Source: Lingula anatina (Eukaryota; Animalia; Brachiopoda). From it: DNA of 64,000 bases. Location: assembly GCA_051362555.1 (NCBI GenBank), contig CM120641.1, positions 25,674,401 to 25,738,400 of the forward strand. Reading direction: 5' to 3'. A model generated the notes under the pieces. It was not told the DNA's origin, did not search any database, and saw nothing but the letters and a program-made list of their open reading frames with translations. This document shows positions 1-14,500 of this stretch, one piece after another (the first letter of the stretch is position 1; each line of letters starts with the position of its first letter). The translations under genes and the position numbers were made by a program.

Positions 1-1141
1 GCATTCATAACATTTGAAGGGTGATGTAGTGCAAATGTGAGCCGGTAAAATCCTGCTTTATGGTGGAAAGACAATCCAGCAAAGTCAGCAGTATACAGTA
101 ATAGTGATTTTTATCCATGAGCAGCCAAGAAACAAAAACAGTTATGAAGGGAATAGGCCACATAGTGATCTTTCCTGAATTGATTTGTGGTGGGTACATT
201 GGGAGATGTACACACATATTGTGCATGCTGAATGTCAAATTGAAGAAAAAATATATGTTACATACACTTTAATGAGTTCAGTACCATCTTTTTTCAGGGG
301 ATATATTTTGTCAAACAGGAATATGGAATGTGGATTTAGGTTTCAAATAGAAATGTCATATTATTTTGTTTTAAAACAAGGTTGTTTTGTCTGGAGTGTT
401 GGAAAATGGGATGCTTTTGGGTAACAGCCATTTTGGTTGACATGGAATTTTTCCGTTGGTTTCTTTGGAATGATGATTCATACATGATAATGGTGAAAGG
501 GACACCTGACCACATGGAATTTTTTTTGTTTTTAAAGAAATCTTCCTGGCTAGATAGCCTGTCATTTTGTTTCAATGCATGTTTTGTCTCTTTTGGGAAG
601 TTTTGAATTATAAAGAAACATGCATCTCTGCTAAATGAAAATGTCAGGAATGAAGATGACAGTGGTTTCAAAAAAGTCCCTTTATTTTTCTTAGGAATAA
701 TGAAGTGAGATACAGTTGGTGCTAAAGAGACGTTGAAGAAACCAGCAAAATTTATTGATCCCGTTTATTAATTATTTTTTCATTTAAAATGTTGACATAA
801 GTATACTGTCCTGTTTAACATGTAGGCATACTGAGTGCCCCCCCCCCCCTCCCCCAGCATTAATGTAGTTCTTTGTCTTCGTTTATATGATTTGGAACAA
901 GGCATGATCATCCAAATTCATACTACCCAAATTAAAGCTAAATTCTTTATTTGCTTTTAAATTGTAAGGATATTAGTATATGTTATAATGAAAATAATTC
1001 ATTCGGTAATAATGTTGTGTGTGTAGTTTGTCTTGGAGAGTTCCACTAAATGTTGTATATACGAAATGTATTGTGCACTTGATGTAGATTCATATTGTTT
1101 GAATACTGAGGTAGATAAAAAAAAATGGAAGTCGGGGCTCT

Positions 1142-3810
1142 TAGTCCGGTGGCTTAAGGAAAAAATCGTGACACGGAGGATAAAAGCACCAAATTTGGCA
1201 TGTAGTTACCTTTTGACATTCTAAATCAAATTAGAGCCGTAGCCCTCTCAAACAATTTACCATTTGGTCAAAAAATCCAAAATGGCTGCCAATTTATGGA
1301 ATTCTTTAGAAAAATGTACATACCCATGTTTATTTTTATCTAATAAATTATTTTATCAGAGTTTACCACACCCTAATAACCCATTTTATTCATATATGTC
1401 AGATAGCAAACAAGTTCCCTTGGACTTCTTGAAAAAATCCAAGATGGCTGTCATATGCCATAGAAACAGCCATAGGAATACTAGTACCCAATTAATACCA
1501 GCTAGAAAGGTACGTTGTCCACTATTAAATTAAGTCTGTTTCTCAGATTTTTGTTACCCACATAATAGTTTGTGGTGAGTAACTGTGTTCTTGGGCATTT
1601 TGGAAAATCCAAGATGGCTGCCATGTGCCACAGGACTTCTAGTATACGGGGATTCAACTAATGGCAACTGGAAAGATTAATTTTCCACTATCAAATTAAG
1701 TTTGTTTCTGAGTGTTTTCCACATCCTTTCACCCACACAATATGTATGTGGTGAGTTACTAACCTTGGGCATTTTGAGAAAATCCAAGATGGCTGCCATA
1801 TGTCATAGGAAATCTTCTAGTATTACAAAGGGTTAGAACTAATGCCAGCTAGGAAAAACATAATTCACTATCAAATTCATTTTATTTTTTTAAGTGTTTT
1901 ACACATTATTATTACACTGTGGTACATATCTAGCAGGTAATAAATGTGCATATTTGATCATTTTGAGAAAATCCAAGATGGCCGTCATTGGCCATAGGAA
2001 TACTACTGGAATTACAACTGCACATCCATGGCTTTCCATCTACTACCAGGGTGAAATTGTGTTTGCTTATCAAGTTTTGCCCATCCTTATTAGTCCTATG
2101 ATATATATATATCTGGTGGGTAGCTACAGATAGCTACAATTTGACATAGGAATACTAATGGGTGGGTTTCAATTGCTGCATGTGGTTCATTATACAATTA
2201 CATTACCATGGGTTTGTTTTAAAAATAATTTACGTATTTCTTTCCATTTATTATTACCCCAATGATGTATACCTTGTCTGTAGCATGTGTGTATCTTTGG
2301 ATATTCTGAAAAAAATTCAAGATGTCTGCCTTTTGTCATTAGAATATTCACACACATAATCAAATAATGCCAGAGATACACTGAGTACAATTTAAATGTA
2401 GTTAACTTTGGATTGTTTTTAAACGTTTTCCCTTTCATATCCTATTTATCCTTATGAAAGACTCTGTGTGTGTAGAAAGTGTATGTATCCTTGAGTACTA
2501 TTTGGAGAAAACCCAAGATAGCTGCCAGTTGCGATAGGAATATATCATTCAAATGCACATAGGTGTCAATTAATGGAACAGTTCAGACATTGATTGCAAC
2601 ATGAAATAAAGCCGTTTGATGTTCAAACACGTTGACATCCTTATATATAATCTATATTCTTATATTATATATAAATCTGGTGTGTAGCAAGTGTGCATCT
2701 TGCGTATTTGAGAAAATGCAAGATTGCTCCAATTCACAATAGAAATAGTACAGTCAACTAGTGCCAGAGAGACATTGGGTTCAATATAAAATGAATTTTG
2801 TTTCTCGGTATTTCCCACATTCTTTTTGGACTTTGAGATATCTATCTGGTGGATAACAATTGTGTACTCTTAAGTATTTTGACAAAATATCATAATGACC
2901 CTGATTTACCTATAAAATCCAATGCACCAGTTTTCCTATGGGGAAAAGAAGGTCATCTTGGATTTCCCCAAAATGATCAAATATGGACATTAATTATCTA
3001 ACAGATATGTATCATGGGATAATAATAATAATAATAATAAAAAATAATAATAAAAGAAAAACAACTGAATTTAGCTTCATTTTATATGGAAACCTATCTC
3101 TTGCAGGTATTAACTTAACCCCACCTTCTATGGATAATGGCAGCCATTTTGTTTTGTTTCAAAAAGGATACACATAACATTCTCATCACATATATATTAT
3201 GTGGATTAAAAAGATGTGGAAAATACTCAGAAACAAACCTAATTTATCAATTAATATTATATCTCCATGGCAGAAGAAGCCCTATGTGTATACTATAGTG
3301 TTCTTTGATATGGCGGCCATCTTGGATTTTTCTCGAAATGCCTGAGAATAAAGGTTAGTTACTCACCAGAAATATATTATTTCTGTAATAAGGCACTCAG
3401 AAACAAAATTAATTAGATAGTGGGCAATGCATCTTCCTAGTTGGCATTAGTTGAAAACCCTTGTACATGTTCTAGTATTCCTATGCCATACGGCGGCCAT
3501 CTTGGATTTTCAAAAAGTCCAAGGACACTCGTTTGTTATCTGACATATATGCATAATATGGGTAATAAGGATGTGGAAAACACTGAGAAAATACTTTATT
3601 TGATAAAAATCAACATAGGTATGTATATATTTATACAGAATTTCACAAATTGGCGGCCATTTTGGATTTTTTGGCCAAACGGTAATTTTTTTCCGTGGGC
3701 TACGGCTCTAATTTGATTTAGTATGTCAAAAGGTACCCACATGCAAAATTTGGTGCTTTTATCCGCCGTGTCACGATTTGGCCATTTTTTTGCCCTAAGC
3801 AACCGGACTA
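1142..3810. mobile_element. Academ-like non-autonomous DNA transposon (foldback, long TIRs)
   Basis: Termini TAGTCCGGT (1142) ... ACCGGACTA (3810), flanked by a 3-bp TSD TCT (1139-1141 / 3811-3813). Imperfect inverted repeats extend for several hundred bp (e.g. AAATCAAATTAGAGCCGTAGCCC vs GGGCTACGGCTCTAATTTGATTT). TAG..CTA ends, a 3-bp TSD and long TIRs fit Academ. No transposase ORF. Confidence 0.8.
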
Positions 3811-4591
3811 TCTGGCAGGAAATGGATAACATGTACAAGTGGTTTCACCAAAGATTCTTAGAAATGAAAATGGAATGAATGTAGTTATTTCTATCTATCC
3901 GACTATCGCTGAAAAATTTAACACATGACCAGACAGTTGAATTTCACCATTTAGTTTTGATTTGTTTGTGGCATTTCTTTCCTAGATAATCAAGGGTGGT
4001 ATTTCCAGACTACCTTCTAAAGTTGGTTAGGAAGTTGGAAACAGATTGAATTATCATGTCTGTAGTATTGTTGCACTTTAATAGTGTCTCAGTAGATTGG
4101 ATTCATCAGTAGATTATTTAAGGAGTGGAAAAATAACATCATATCTATTAAGCTAGTTTTACATGGGAATACATTTCAACTTATGCCACGAACTAGAGTT
4201 TCTCATGGTCTCTGTCTCAAAAAAAAAAAAAAGTGCTAAATCTACTCAACTCACTTAAAACACTAGATGACATCAGCCTAGCCACACCAGACTCTTTTTC
4301 AAAGGCTTAACATCTGGCCTAAAAAGTTGATTTACCAAAATCAGCTTTAGTCACTACTGAATAGAAAACAGTGTTAAGACATTTTGTTCTTTGTGTTAAG
4401 GTTTGGACTGAAAAAAGAAAAAGACATGGATGTCTTATAAAAATTCTCTTGTAGTCTTATGTTAGCTGATATTGTTTCCCAACTTGTGTAGTTTTGTGAA
4501 ATGGGCCCAGTTTTACATAAAGATTAAAGTCAAAAGTTGATCTCAATTTTAAGACTAAAATTTTTGGTCTGCTTTATATTTGGTGTAGTAG

Positions 4592-4756
4592 CAGGCCCAT
4601 AGCCAGGGGGGTTCGGGGGGTTAGAAAGAACTACCCTTTTTGCTAGGAAAAGGTCCAATCTGAGTAAAATTTTATCTACGTACATGGAAGGTTTCATGGT
4701 AAAAGGTCCACTTTTCAGAGAAAGACCCCCCTTTGTAATTGCTGGGTACAGGCCTG
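4592..4756. mobile_element. Short MITE with CAGG termini (hAT-like)
   Basis: TIR CAGGCCCATAGCCAG / CTGGGTACAGGCCTG (12/15 match), G-rich subterminal segments and an internal duplicated AAAAGGTCCA. No clean TSD found. Confidence 0.55.
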
Positions 4757-6539
4757 AGTACTCGTCTGTTTCACAAGAATTGTAAGAGGCTAATGTTTAA
4801 GACTGACAGCCTGGTAAACCACCCTTGATTTGTCTCGGGTCAAAGTAGACTATAAATTCTTCAGTCTGGAGTTAGAACCCGACTTCCAACTTGAGGTGAT
4901 GAGTGAAACAGGTCCATGTCTAGGAAAATGTATTGGGAATGGCTTCAGGTTTCTGTTCAGACAGTGTTAGGTGTCTCTCTGGTAACTGGTCAGCTAATGA
5001 TACAAGTCAGGCTCATTTTGCAATCTAAAATGATTCAGTCTAAACAGTGCACAGTGTTGGTGGTTAACATCGAAATCCGACAGTAATTGTCTTCTGGTTG
5101 TAAGACACCTGCGCCATGTTGCGATGGTGAAAACTCATCCAAAAGGGAATTTCCCCCCCTTTTCCATTGTTATTATCCCCTATATAATCATTATATATGA
5201 ATAATAGCTACATTCAGATTGTGTGTATTATGTGCAAATGCATTACATAGTATGATAAAATATTTATAAGTTGGTTTAAAGCAATTATCCATAAATACAT
5301 ATAAACCTATATTACCGTATCAACATGTGACAATATAAATTATGGGATAATTTCATGGTTGATCATCAGGTTCATTTAATGTAGAATTTAGAAAACATTC
5401 ACAATTCATGAGCATCATAGTATATTTTGGTGAGGTCCATAACATATATTTCTCTTTTAGGGTTTAGTAATAAACAGTGATGTATAGATTCCAGATTAGA
5501 TTGATCTTTAATAGTGCATGAAATGTGCTTTAACATTGATTGCTATCCTTAAAAAAAGGTAATGATGTAAGAATGTATGTTTTATATAATGGCATGTGTA
5601 ATTAAAGATGGAAGATATAAGGATAAAGGAGCAAAAACCCTAATTATCTCAGTATTTGGATCATAGATGATGATAATTAAGCATAAGCTACAAGTAACAA
5701 CTCACGAAAGACTGATGAAGGCTTACATTCATGTTGGCTACAAGCTCATGGTAAGACAAAATTTTTCAGCTTAATAATTATCATCATTCTGTATGTGAGA
5801 ATATTTTAACAGAATTTTCTGGAATGTATCAGGAATGACCATTAAAGAAACCTTTCTTTTCTGATATCTGTTTGGTTTGTTAAAATATAGTTTAAAAAGA
5901 TATATTTTAAAGAGATGTATAGTTGGAAAGAAAGGCTTGCAGATCATGTTATTTCACTATGTCAATAGCCTGTGTAGTCAAGAGGTTGAATTTATCTAGA
6001 TTTAATGAAATCATTATTCCCACTTTGAATAAAAATTATTAATGAGCTGTTAAACTGCTGCTACAGTCCTGTTTTGAACACTTTTGTAAAACCTTTTGAT
6101 ATTTGTGATCTTGACTGTCTGAAGCCTTTGTATATAGCATTAATCCTTTTGTATGTCAGAGCAAAGAAGCTTCTTATGGCAGAATGAATGCGTGATGGAT
6201 CCATCAATGCCTTGTGAAGCACTAGTACTAGCTAATAATTAAGTTGTTACATATTCACATGGAGAAACATATGTTTTATAGGAAGTGAATGGTTGAGATA
6301 TTGACTCCCATGGGTAAGATAATTAATGTGTGTGGAGATCTGCCATATTGCAGTTGAGCTGGAAGGGTAGTGGGGTCTGGGATGCTCATTATGGTGATCA
6401 CTGATCTGAAATAACACTTTATTGCTGCTCACCTGTCTCACCTGTCTCACCTGTCAGACGTTTCTGTGTGTGGAATGTTTGCCTGGTTGTATCTGTTAGA
6501 AAAGTGCCAATGCAGTGTTTACATGTCAGCAATAATAGA

Positions 6540-6725
6540 GACCATTCCCACAGATATTTAGATCGATAAACCAGCTTTAATGTCTGTCCCACCTACTAAA
6601 AGCTGTAAGGGGATAATTAACTTTTGTGCGCGCTCGGCTCCTGGAAGCTGACAGCAATTTAGCATGAACCCCCAGGGAGTTAGGTCGATCCAGATGGATC
6701 GATCTAAATCTGTGGAAACCTGGTC
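6540..6725. mobile_element. MITE (Harbinger-like); partial relative at 7929-8006, related element at 44932-45150
   Basis: Inverted ends GACCATTCCCACAGATATTTAGATCGAT / ATCGATCTAAATCTGTGGAAACCTGGTC. The segment GACAGCAATTTAGC.TGAACCCCCAGGGA.TTAGGTCGATC.AGATGGATC.ATCTAAATCTGTGG recurs near 7938-8003, and a diverged version occurs at 45079-45150. Confidence 0.55.
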
Positions 6726-8533
6726 GCAGAGAACTGGGAACATTCCAGGAATGTGCCAGAGGTAGGACTTGGCTTGTGTTTAGGCTATGAAAAAGCAGGT
6801 ATACTGCATTACCCCCATGTAGGCATTTACTAAGTATTTTAAATGATCATAAAGCATAGAACACCTTCAGTAGAATGTTTGGCTTAAGGATGCCAATTTC
6901 TGGTGGATTTTGAAGTGTTGTAAAGGTTGATTGGAGACTAGACGATTTGTCTTAGATTATTTCAGTTATATGTTTTAAAAGATGACTACCAATAAGGAGG
7001 GATGGAATGGGTTGAAATAATACAAAATCTTTCTGCAGAATCACAGAATTCTGAGATATTTGACTAAATTCTGGCCTGACCCATGGCTGAATTTAAAAAT
7101 ATTAAGTCCGAGATTTTTTTTAAAACTTAGGCCCATGATTTGAAAATAGAATGTCTAAAATCCTTATGGGACTGTGTATGAGATTAACAGGTTCTCAAGC
7201 TCTTAAGAAAACCTCATAGAGTATCTTTAAGTCTGACAACATATTCCATTTGGCTGTAATAACCCAAGAAATTACTTATAGAGGTGCTGATGATTTCTCT
7301 CTGTCTAATTGCCCTTGCCCTCCAGTTGTAGGTTTTGACGTAGTTTCGCACCTTATCCTGGAATAGATGACACCTGCCCCTGAGTACAGCACATTATACT
7401 GCTGCTGAACAGCGGCAGCCTGTCATGAGGGAACAGTTTTAATGGGCTATAATTGTTCAATTTATAATGCTGGGAGTGAATAAAGTGGAACATTTTTTGG
7501 TCAGGCTGATAATTACATTTAACAAATTGGTGGGGAAGAAAGTCAGTAGGAGAACAGCGGCAAAGCAGAAAATTGAGAATTGCATGTCAAGGTTTATTGC
7601 TTTTTTTTCACAAAGAGTGTGTTCCTGAGAATCCATTAGGTTTCAAAGAAGTTGTTGATTTCAATTATATTTCTGTATTGCGTCAGTTGGGGAAGTCACT
7701 CAGATTTCTGCACTTGGTAGATATTTGCCCTTACTGTGGCATTTAATGTGGAAATGCAATAGAAGATTCTGCTTCTAAGATAGATATGCTTTTTAACATG
7801 TTGTGTATCTATACCATGGGAAAGTCAGCAATCTTAAAATTCACAGTTTTCCCTGTTGAAAAGTTCAAGTCATCACTGCATGTGCCAGAAGTCAGCACTG
7901 TCTAAATGAAAAGAAATTTTCAGCATTTTGCTCGGCTGACAGCAATTTAGCGTGAACCCCCAGGGAATTAGGTCGATCTAGATGGATCAATCTAAATCTG
8001 TGGGAATGCAGTCTATTTGTCTAATGGCTGTTCTCCTCTATTTTGAATAAAGAGAAATAAATATCTTTGCTCAGCAAAAGAATGTCTGTCATGAATGCAC
8101 ATCAATGCTTAAGCCAAGTGAAGAATCTAATGACTTTAAAAAGATATATGTCCATGTTTGTAGTTCACTAGATGAGTGGCAAGCTCTGTACAATATTGTA
8201 AAGATGCCTGAAGAACATTTTTAGACAAAATTTTCCATACAGTCCATTTAACATTATCTAAAAGGATTCCACAAAGAGTGATGATTCTGTAAATAATTGG
8301 ATTCTGCATAACATATTGATGTTTCCGAGGATAAAGATGAAACCCTTGACTTGAAACAAGTATTTGTGACGTGATGATGCATGGTGTGATGCACTGGAGT
8401 CTGTTTTCTAGTATGAGTTAAGCGATGCATATAATATAGATGAATTCTTCCTTCCATTTCAGGTTCAGCTAAATCAGTCCATTACTGGCAGCATTTTGAA
8501 TAGAATCCAATACTCGGCTTGTTATTGCGCAAG

Positions 8534-11500
8534 ATGCAGTCTCCTAAAGATATTCCTCAGAAGCATTCAGTGAACGATTCCCCAGGAGGCCATCACCCAG
8601 GATCCCCTGTTCAACATGGCCATTTCCTCATCCCCAGCCCTATCATTACAAGGAGAATGAGGACAAATTCAGTGTAAGTAAATGTGATGATGATGACTTT
8701 GTCTTATTTAATTTGGCCCCAGCAATTTGATGTGTGTAAAAGCTGCTATAGTTTAACTTTTAGGAATAACTGGTGACAAGACATTTTGTCTAGTCACAGT
8801 ATTTTGATAGAAGATATCCATAGTTTATATATGAATTAATAGAACATTCTTTGTATTTAATGTAGTTCTCTTGTGGATGAAGAGTTTGTGGCCTTCATGA
8901 AATGTAGATCTACCAATCAGAATGTTGTCATAAGAACAGCATATATTAATTTTTGTATTGAAAAAAATCTAGGACATGACTTTTTCTTGTCCCCTGGGCG
9001 AACAGCAGTGTGAAGCTACTGCTAGTAATCATATATTGATAACACCAGTCTTTTACCTGCTTACTAGTAAGCAGTATGTTTTACACAAAAAGAAAGTCCA
9101 GAAATTTTGTTTGGGATAAGTGTCATGGGGATATACCATATATCATAATATGTACCTGCAGTTACCTGAAAGCTATACCAGATAAAATTCTTTTCTTTTT
9201 GCTCAATCAAACTGGACAATTTCAAGTGATTAGTGATATTTAAAGGTCAATTTTTCGGAAAAGTTAATGTATATGATGGTAATGTATCTGCTTTTATAGT
9301 GATTCTATTCTAAGGGAATTGGATCTCATTGACTTGGAGAACAGGGATATTTACCTTTTAGCTTATGGCATTTCTGAACATAACTTTCCTTCTACACTTT
9401 TGCATGTAATGTTTATAGTGGTCTGCATTCTGGGATATTGTGCAAAAAAAAAAAAAAAAAAAAAAAAGTGAAAAATAGTGATGTAGTCTCTATTTATTGA
9501 TCACAATGATTCATTTTCTATGACCCATGGTGTTAAAAAAAGGAAAAAGGCTATGATCACAATTTTATGGGTATATCATTTGATTGCTGTTCTTGGAACT
9601 GTGCTCTGGAAACTATCAAAACTGTACCCTGATTAAGTTGGTTCTGAAATCTTCCTCATTCCACCAAGGCACTACAGATTACTTTTATTTCAAAGCTGAA
9701 ATAAAAAATGACTTTGATTTATCAGAAATGAGAACATACCGGAAATGGGAGAAGTGTGTGTTTCAAGAAGATTGAGCTCGTTAATAAAATACAGATATGG
9801 ATCAGACAATGGTGGGCAGAAAAAGGTTGGGGAGAAGACAGCAGTAATATGAAGTTAAACGGCAAACTAGTTCATGGCTGAACACATTGGCAATGTGCAT
9901 TATTAGCACCTAGTGACTTTCAACCCAAATTATGTCTTTGATCTTGTAATGACTATACCTGATGATAAATTAGATCTCGATCATTACACCTGTTAATCGT
10001 GGAACTGTGTTTAATCAAATATCAATTTTGTAACCGACCACTAGCAGACCCTGAGTTAAGAGTGTAACCAGTAAAAGAACTTGAATCAAAAGTTGGTCTT
10101 GAATAAAGACAGTCAAAGAATTTGGCCTGGGATAAATTGATAGTAATCCATGTAGATGAAAATGTGGGACTGGCTTTGTTAAAGGTAAGAAATGACTTGG
10201 GTTTTAGACCATTAGACACATTATTTTACTTCACAACTACATGTTTATCCTAGAATGAAGTAGATACAGAATATTTAGTCTTCAAGTTAAGATCAATGTT
10301 CAACCTAAGTTTGCTTGGGAAGTTGTCCTGACAGAAAGTGCTTGAAAAGTTTTTTTGCATATTTGCTCGTTGTAAGTGCAGTGTTTTCACTTCAGTCTCT
10401 GAAGTGGTTTTTCACATTCTTTCCATTATTACTAATGCATAACAATATAATAAAAAAGGAGCTAACCACTGGGCCAAACTTGATGGAATAAGATACATAT
10501 TTTTCACCCATTTTTTCATCCCACCGAGGCCTTTGGCCTCTGGTTACAGTAATTATCACGATAGTTAAACTCCTTTAAAATTTCATTTTTAAAATGTGTA
10601 GTACCAAATAGCTTAGATTTGTAAATATATATCAGTTTTAAGTTTCTCTAATTGTCGCTTAGCTTAGCAATAAAATGATTGAATTATGTGGAAGTTCTCA
10701 TTGACAGATAGGAATATTATACAAAAAAGCAGGGATGCCTTTGTCAATATAGGAGTGCATCAAAATAATCAGCCAGTGCTGCAATAAAGACCAATCTGGT
10801 TATTAAAGGCAGGAAGTATCATATCAGTCCTGTCTCTTGAGAAGATGTGAAGAATGAATAGCTCTGCGATTACAAACAGCTCAATATGTAGTCTGGCTGC
10901 TTACTGCATTTAAGCATATTTAGCCCTGGAAATAAAGGAAAGGGCACTTAGCAATTTCCATTGAATGTCAGTTAAAAGAATGGGATTTCAGTGCATGGCT
11001 TTACACAGCCTGCTATGCCTTGTGTATTATATTTTTAGATGAATCTTATTTTTACCCAGACATTTTGGGTAAAGAACGATGGAAGCAGTCTGGCAGTTGC
11101 CGTCAGTGTTGTGTTTTCTTGAGTGTCCAGCCCTAGAAGAACAAGAGTAAAAAATTATTTCGAAGAATTTAAAATTCCAGAAATGTCAATATCTTAAATG
11201 GTTTCAACAATATGACTTTGAAATTTTTATTTTAAGTAATGAAGCACATGTTGTGAATGGATGACTACAGCAGCTGACTAGTATAGGTTTCTTAACACTG
11301 ATGGAGTTAAGGTGTGGTCTTAATGGTCTAATTGTGGCAGCTTGATGTTGTAACAGATCACATTAAAAAAAGGGATAGAAGAAGGGGATGGGTGCATGTC
11401 TGACCCAGAGTTCTGGACGTGGACGAAAAAAAAAAAAAAAAAAAAGAATGATGATAATGTCACATGAGGTGTCACATTTGTTTATCAGTGTATGATTATT

Positions 11501-14500
11501 TAAGATTGATGCTTTAAAAAAAATAATGACATGTTAGGATGTTTAAAAATCTCACCTTCATAGTCTGTATGATTCTGAATTAAGACCTAATATCTGGAAC
11601 GAAAATGCACCCCTACTTACTGGGTGACACTTACAGGCATGTAAGAAAATTATGACAATTATCGTAGTTGCTGAAGATAAGTCCTTCAGGATTTTCTTAA
11701 TGGTAAGGATGTTCTTTAATGGAATTGGTTTGTGCAATTACTTGATTACTTTTTGTGGTTTTCCCTGGAAGTCATTTCCTTTAGCATATCTTACTTAAAC
11801 ATTTATGGCTATTTCTTTATTGACTTGTTGATTGGAATAGGCATCACATTTTACAGATGGTTTTAGAGTTAATATTTTTTTAATTGATCACCAAGTAGGA
11901 GAAGATAACTAATTGATGCTTAGAGATGAAGAAACACTTTATAGGTGTGGAACATATTGTACTTCCCTGAGATGAAATATTGCACAGAAATAACTCGAAG
12001 ACAGTGCTTATATACACCTTGCAACATTTGTCACAATACATGAATTTGCATTTGAAAGCCATGTGAGAAATCAAAATTAATCACTCCGTAAATTTGAGCA
12101 AAGGAACCACACGCACACGAGCATATGCATGCACACACGAATGAACAGTGGGAAATAGAAGATGTTATGTTGTTTTTCCAATATTTGCCTCTAGTTACTC
12201 CTTTTAAAATAACAGTATCAGCAGTTCATTAACTTATTCCCCTAAGCAATGCTGTACTCTTCATTTTGATGTTGTTTTGTTGAGCACAGAATTTTGAGAC
12301 AGTGAAACGGCCCTTTACAAATAAAACAGCAACACAGTGTACTGAACGTACTAAATCGTAGGAAGTTCTCACTCACTATCGCTCACTTACACTCACTTAC
12401 ACAAGTAACCTTTCACTCTCAAGATCGATCCCAGATTCGTTGGTCTAAAACTTTATGTAAGTGTATGCGACAGAAACCAAGTCAACCACAAGGATAAATC
12501 AACGTAACGCTGCTTTATTCAATAACTGACCAAGATTCTTTACAAATACTATCTTTTATACAACTTTCTTTTATTGCTACGATCTTATGCGGATTTTCTG
12601 CTGCAGGTTCGTGCCCAATCAGCGCGCCAAAAGTTAATGGATTCTAATTACATAATTACGTTGTCGGGAGCATCTCTTGATCTCTGGGCGCTCCCGACAA
12701 CAGGCAGGGGTACCTAGTGGAAAGAACAGTGTTTAATAACTTGTTGTCAATAATAACTGCAATCCTGCAGTTTTTTCTCTCGGTAAAACTATATTTTGAT
12801 TTATTTTTATCTTTGTCACTGGAAAATAACAGATAAAACAATATGGTAGGATAGCTTGCATGTCACCAGTGTCCATATAATCATTTCAGCTATTCTGATA
12901 GAAACATACCAACAACACATTGCCCCAGGGCCAGGGGAGACAAAAACACAGTCAGCAGGGCTCTGCTATGTAATTTAGTATTGCGTGTTGTAGTAAATGG
13001 AGGGGCCAAAAATCATGTTATAGACCAATTTTCTGTAGTTTTCTCACGCTATTTGGCACCATGTTTAAAAGCGTTAATGTACGTCAGACTGGGTGAAAGT
13101 TAAAATTGTATTTTTTTTCTTTCTTTCTTTCTTTTTTTCTTTCTTTGTTTGAAATATTGCTGGATCTGAATGTTTGGGTATACCATTCAGGTTGATAATT
13201 TTTAATTATAGCACAACTACTCATGAAAAATTACTCTCATTTAATAATTTAGTGAAAAGCTTATTACTCTTTTCAGATATGTGTACTTTATGCCTTTGAT
13301 GATGACACTGATATGATTATTTTGTCCTCTCAGGTCAGAGAGAGCCAAACAGGGCCCAGTATTGAAAGGCAAAGTGAAAAGTTTCTGCAGAACCAAGGGC
13401 CATGGTTTTATCATTCCTGCCGCAGGTGGTGAACCATTATTTGTACATATATCAGAGTAAGTACCTTTGTTTCTGTATTATGTAAGTTTTGATTAGGGCA
13501 TCCTACATATTGATTTTTTCAAAGCATGTTTCTTCGTATTGCAGTAATGGGGTTTCAAAAATGAAAAGATTAATGGGATTCAAGGGATTGGCAGACGCAA
13601 ATATAAGTATAAAAAGGATCACATAATGTAGGCATGACATGGAAAATAGCTGCACATTTTTAATTGGTAGCTGAAGAGGAAAAAAATTATTCAAAGTAGC
13701 TGTGAGATTTTAATGAGAATGAGTGACAGATGCTTTCTAAATTTTTTTATCAAAAAGCTGATATATGTGGCTTTAATCTACTATGCCATGTTCATCAATT
13801 ATACTTAAAAGTCTTAGTGTTTAACTTTTTGTATTATCTTTACAATGATTGCAAATCATTGTAATGATAGTAATAAACAATTTGTTCAACTGTTATCTCC
13901 TGTTTTTGATTAACGCTGTTATCATGCAATTTATCAACCCCACAGAATTTATTTATATGCAACTGATTGTCATAAAATCTTGGTCATGGCATAATTTATA
14001 AAATATTCTGTTATGCATTATTTGGAACACTGTTTTGCTTGCCTTGTCAATAAGCTGATTTAAAATAGCAAAATTTCATTGGGGTATATAAAAGTCTTAA
14101 TTGTCCAAGTATCTGTGATCCTGTATTTTTTGTTGAGTCCTACATATTATAAATGGAATTTTGAATTGTTTGGGATAGAGGAGAAAAAATAAAGTGATGG
14201 GTGGAAATTATCAATCTTTCAATTACATAATTTTGAAATCATTTAAAATATATTTCTATGTAGTATTTATGGTGTTTTAACTGTACAAAATAGAACTTGA
14301 AGGAAACATGCTTTTCAATTTTGCCACTGCCACTCAAAAAAAATATCCTAATTTTAAGAATTTCTCTAAAACTCACATTTCCCCATTATGTCTTGATTAT
14401 TTCCAGCATTGAAGAAGAATATGTCCCAAAAGAGGGGGATGAAGTGACATACCAGGTTGTACACGTACCTCCAAAGAACGAGAAGTTCCAGGCTGTGCAC

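Noticed and set aside
5-671. Cluster of overlapping short ORFs at the window start
   Set aside because: No recognisable domains, no consistent splice signals, and AT-rich low-complexity translations.
8674-13333. Intronic snoRNA, tRNA or miRNA candidates (e.g. TGATGA near 8685)
   Set aside because: No paired C/D boxes with a terminal stem, cloverleaf or convincing hairpin could be identified by eye. An Infernal/Rfam scan would be needed.
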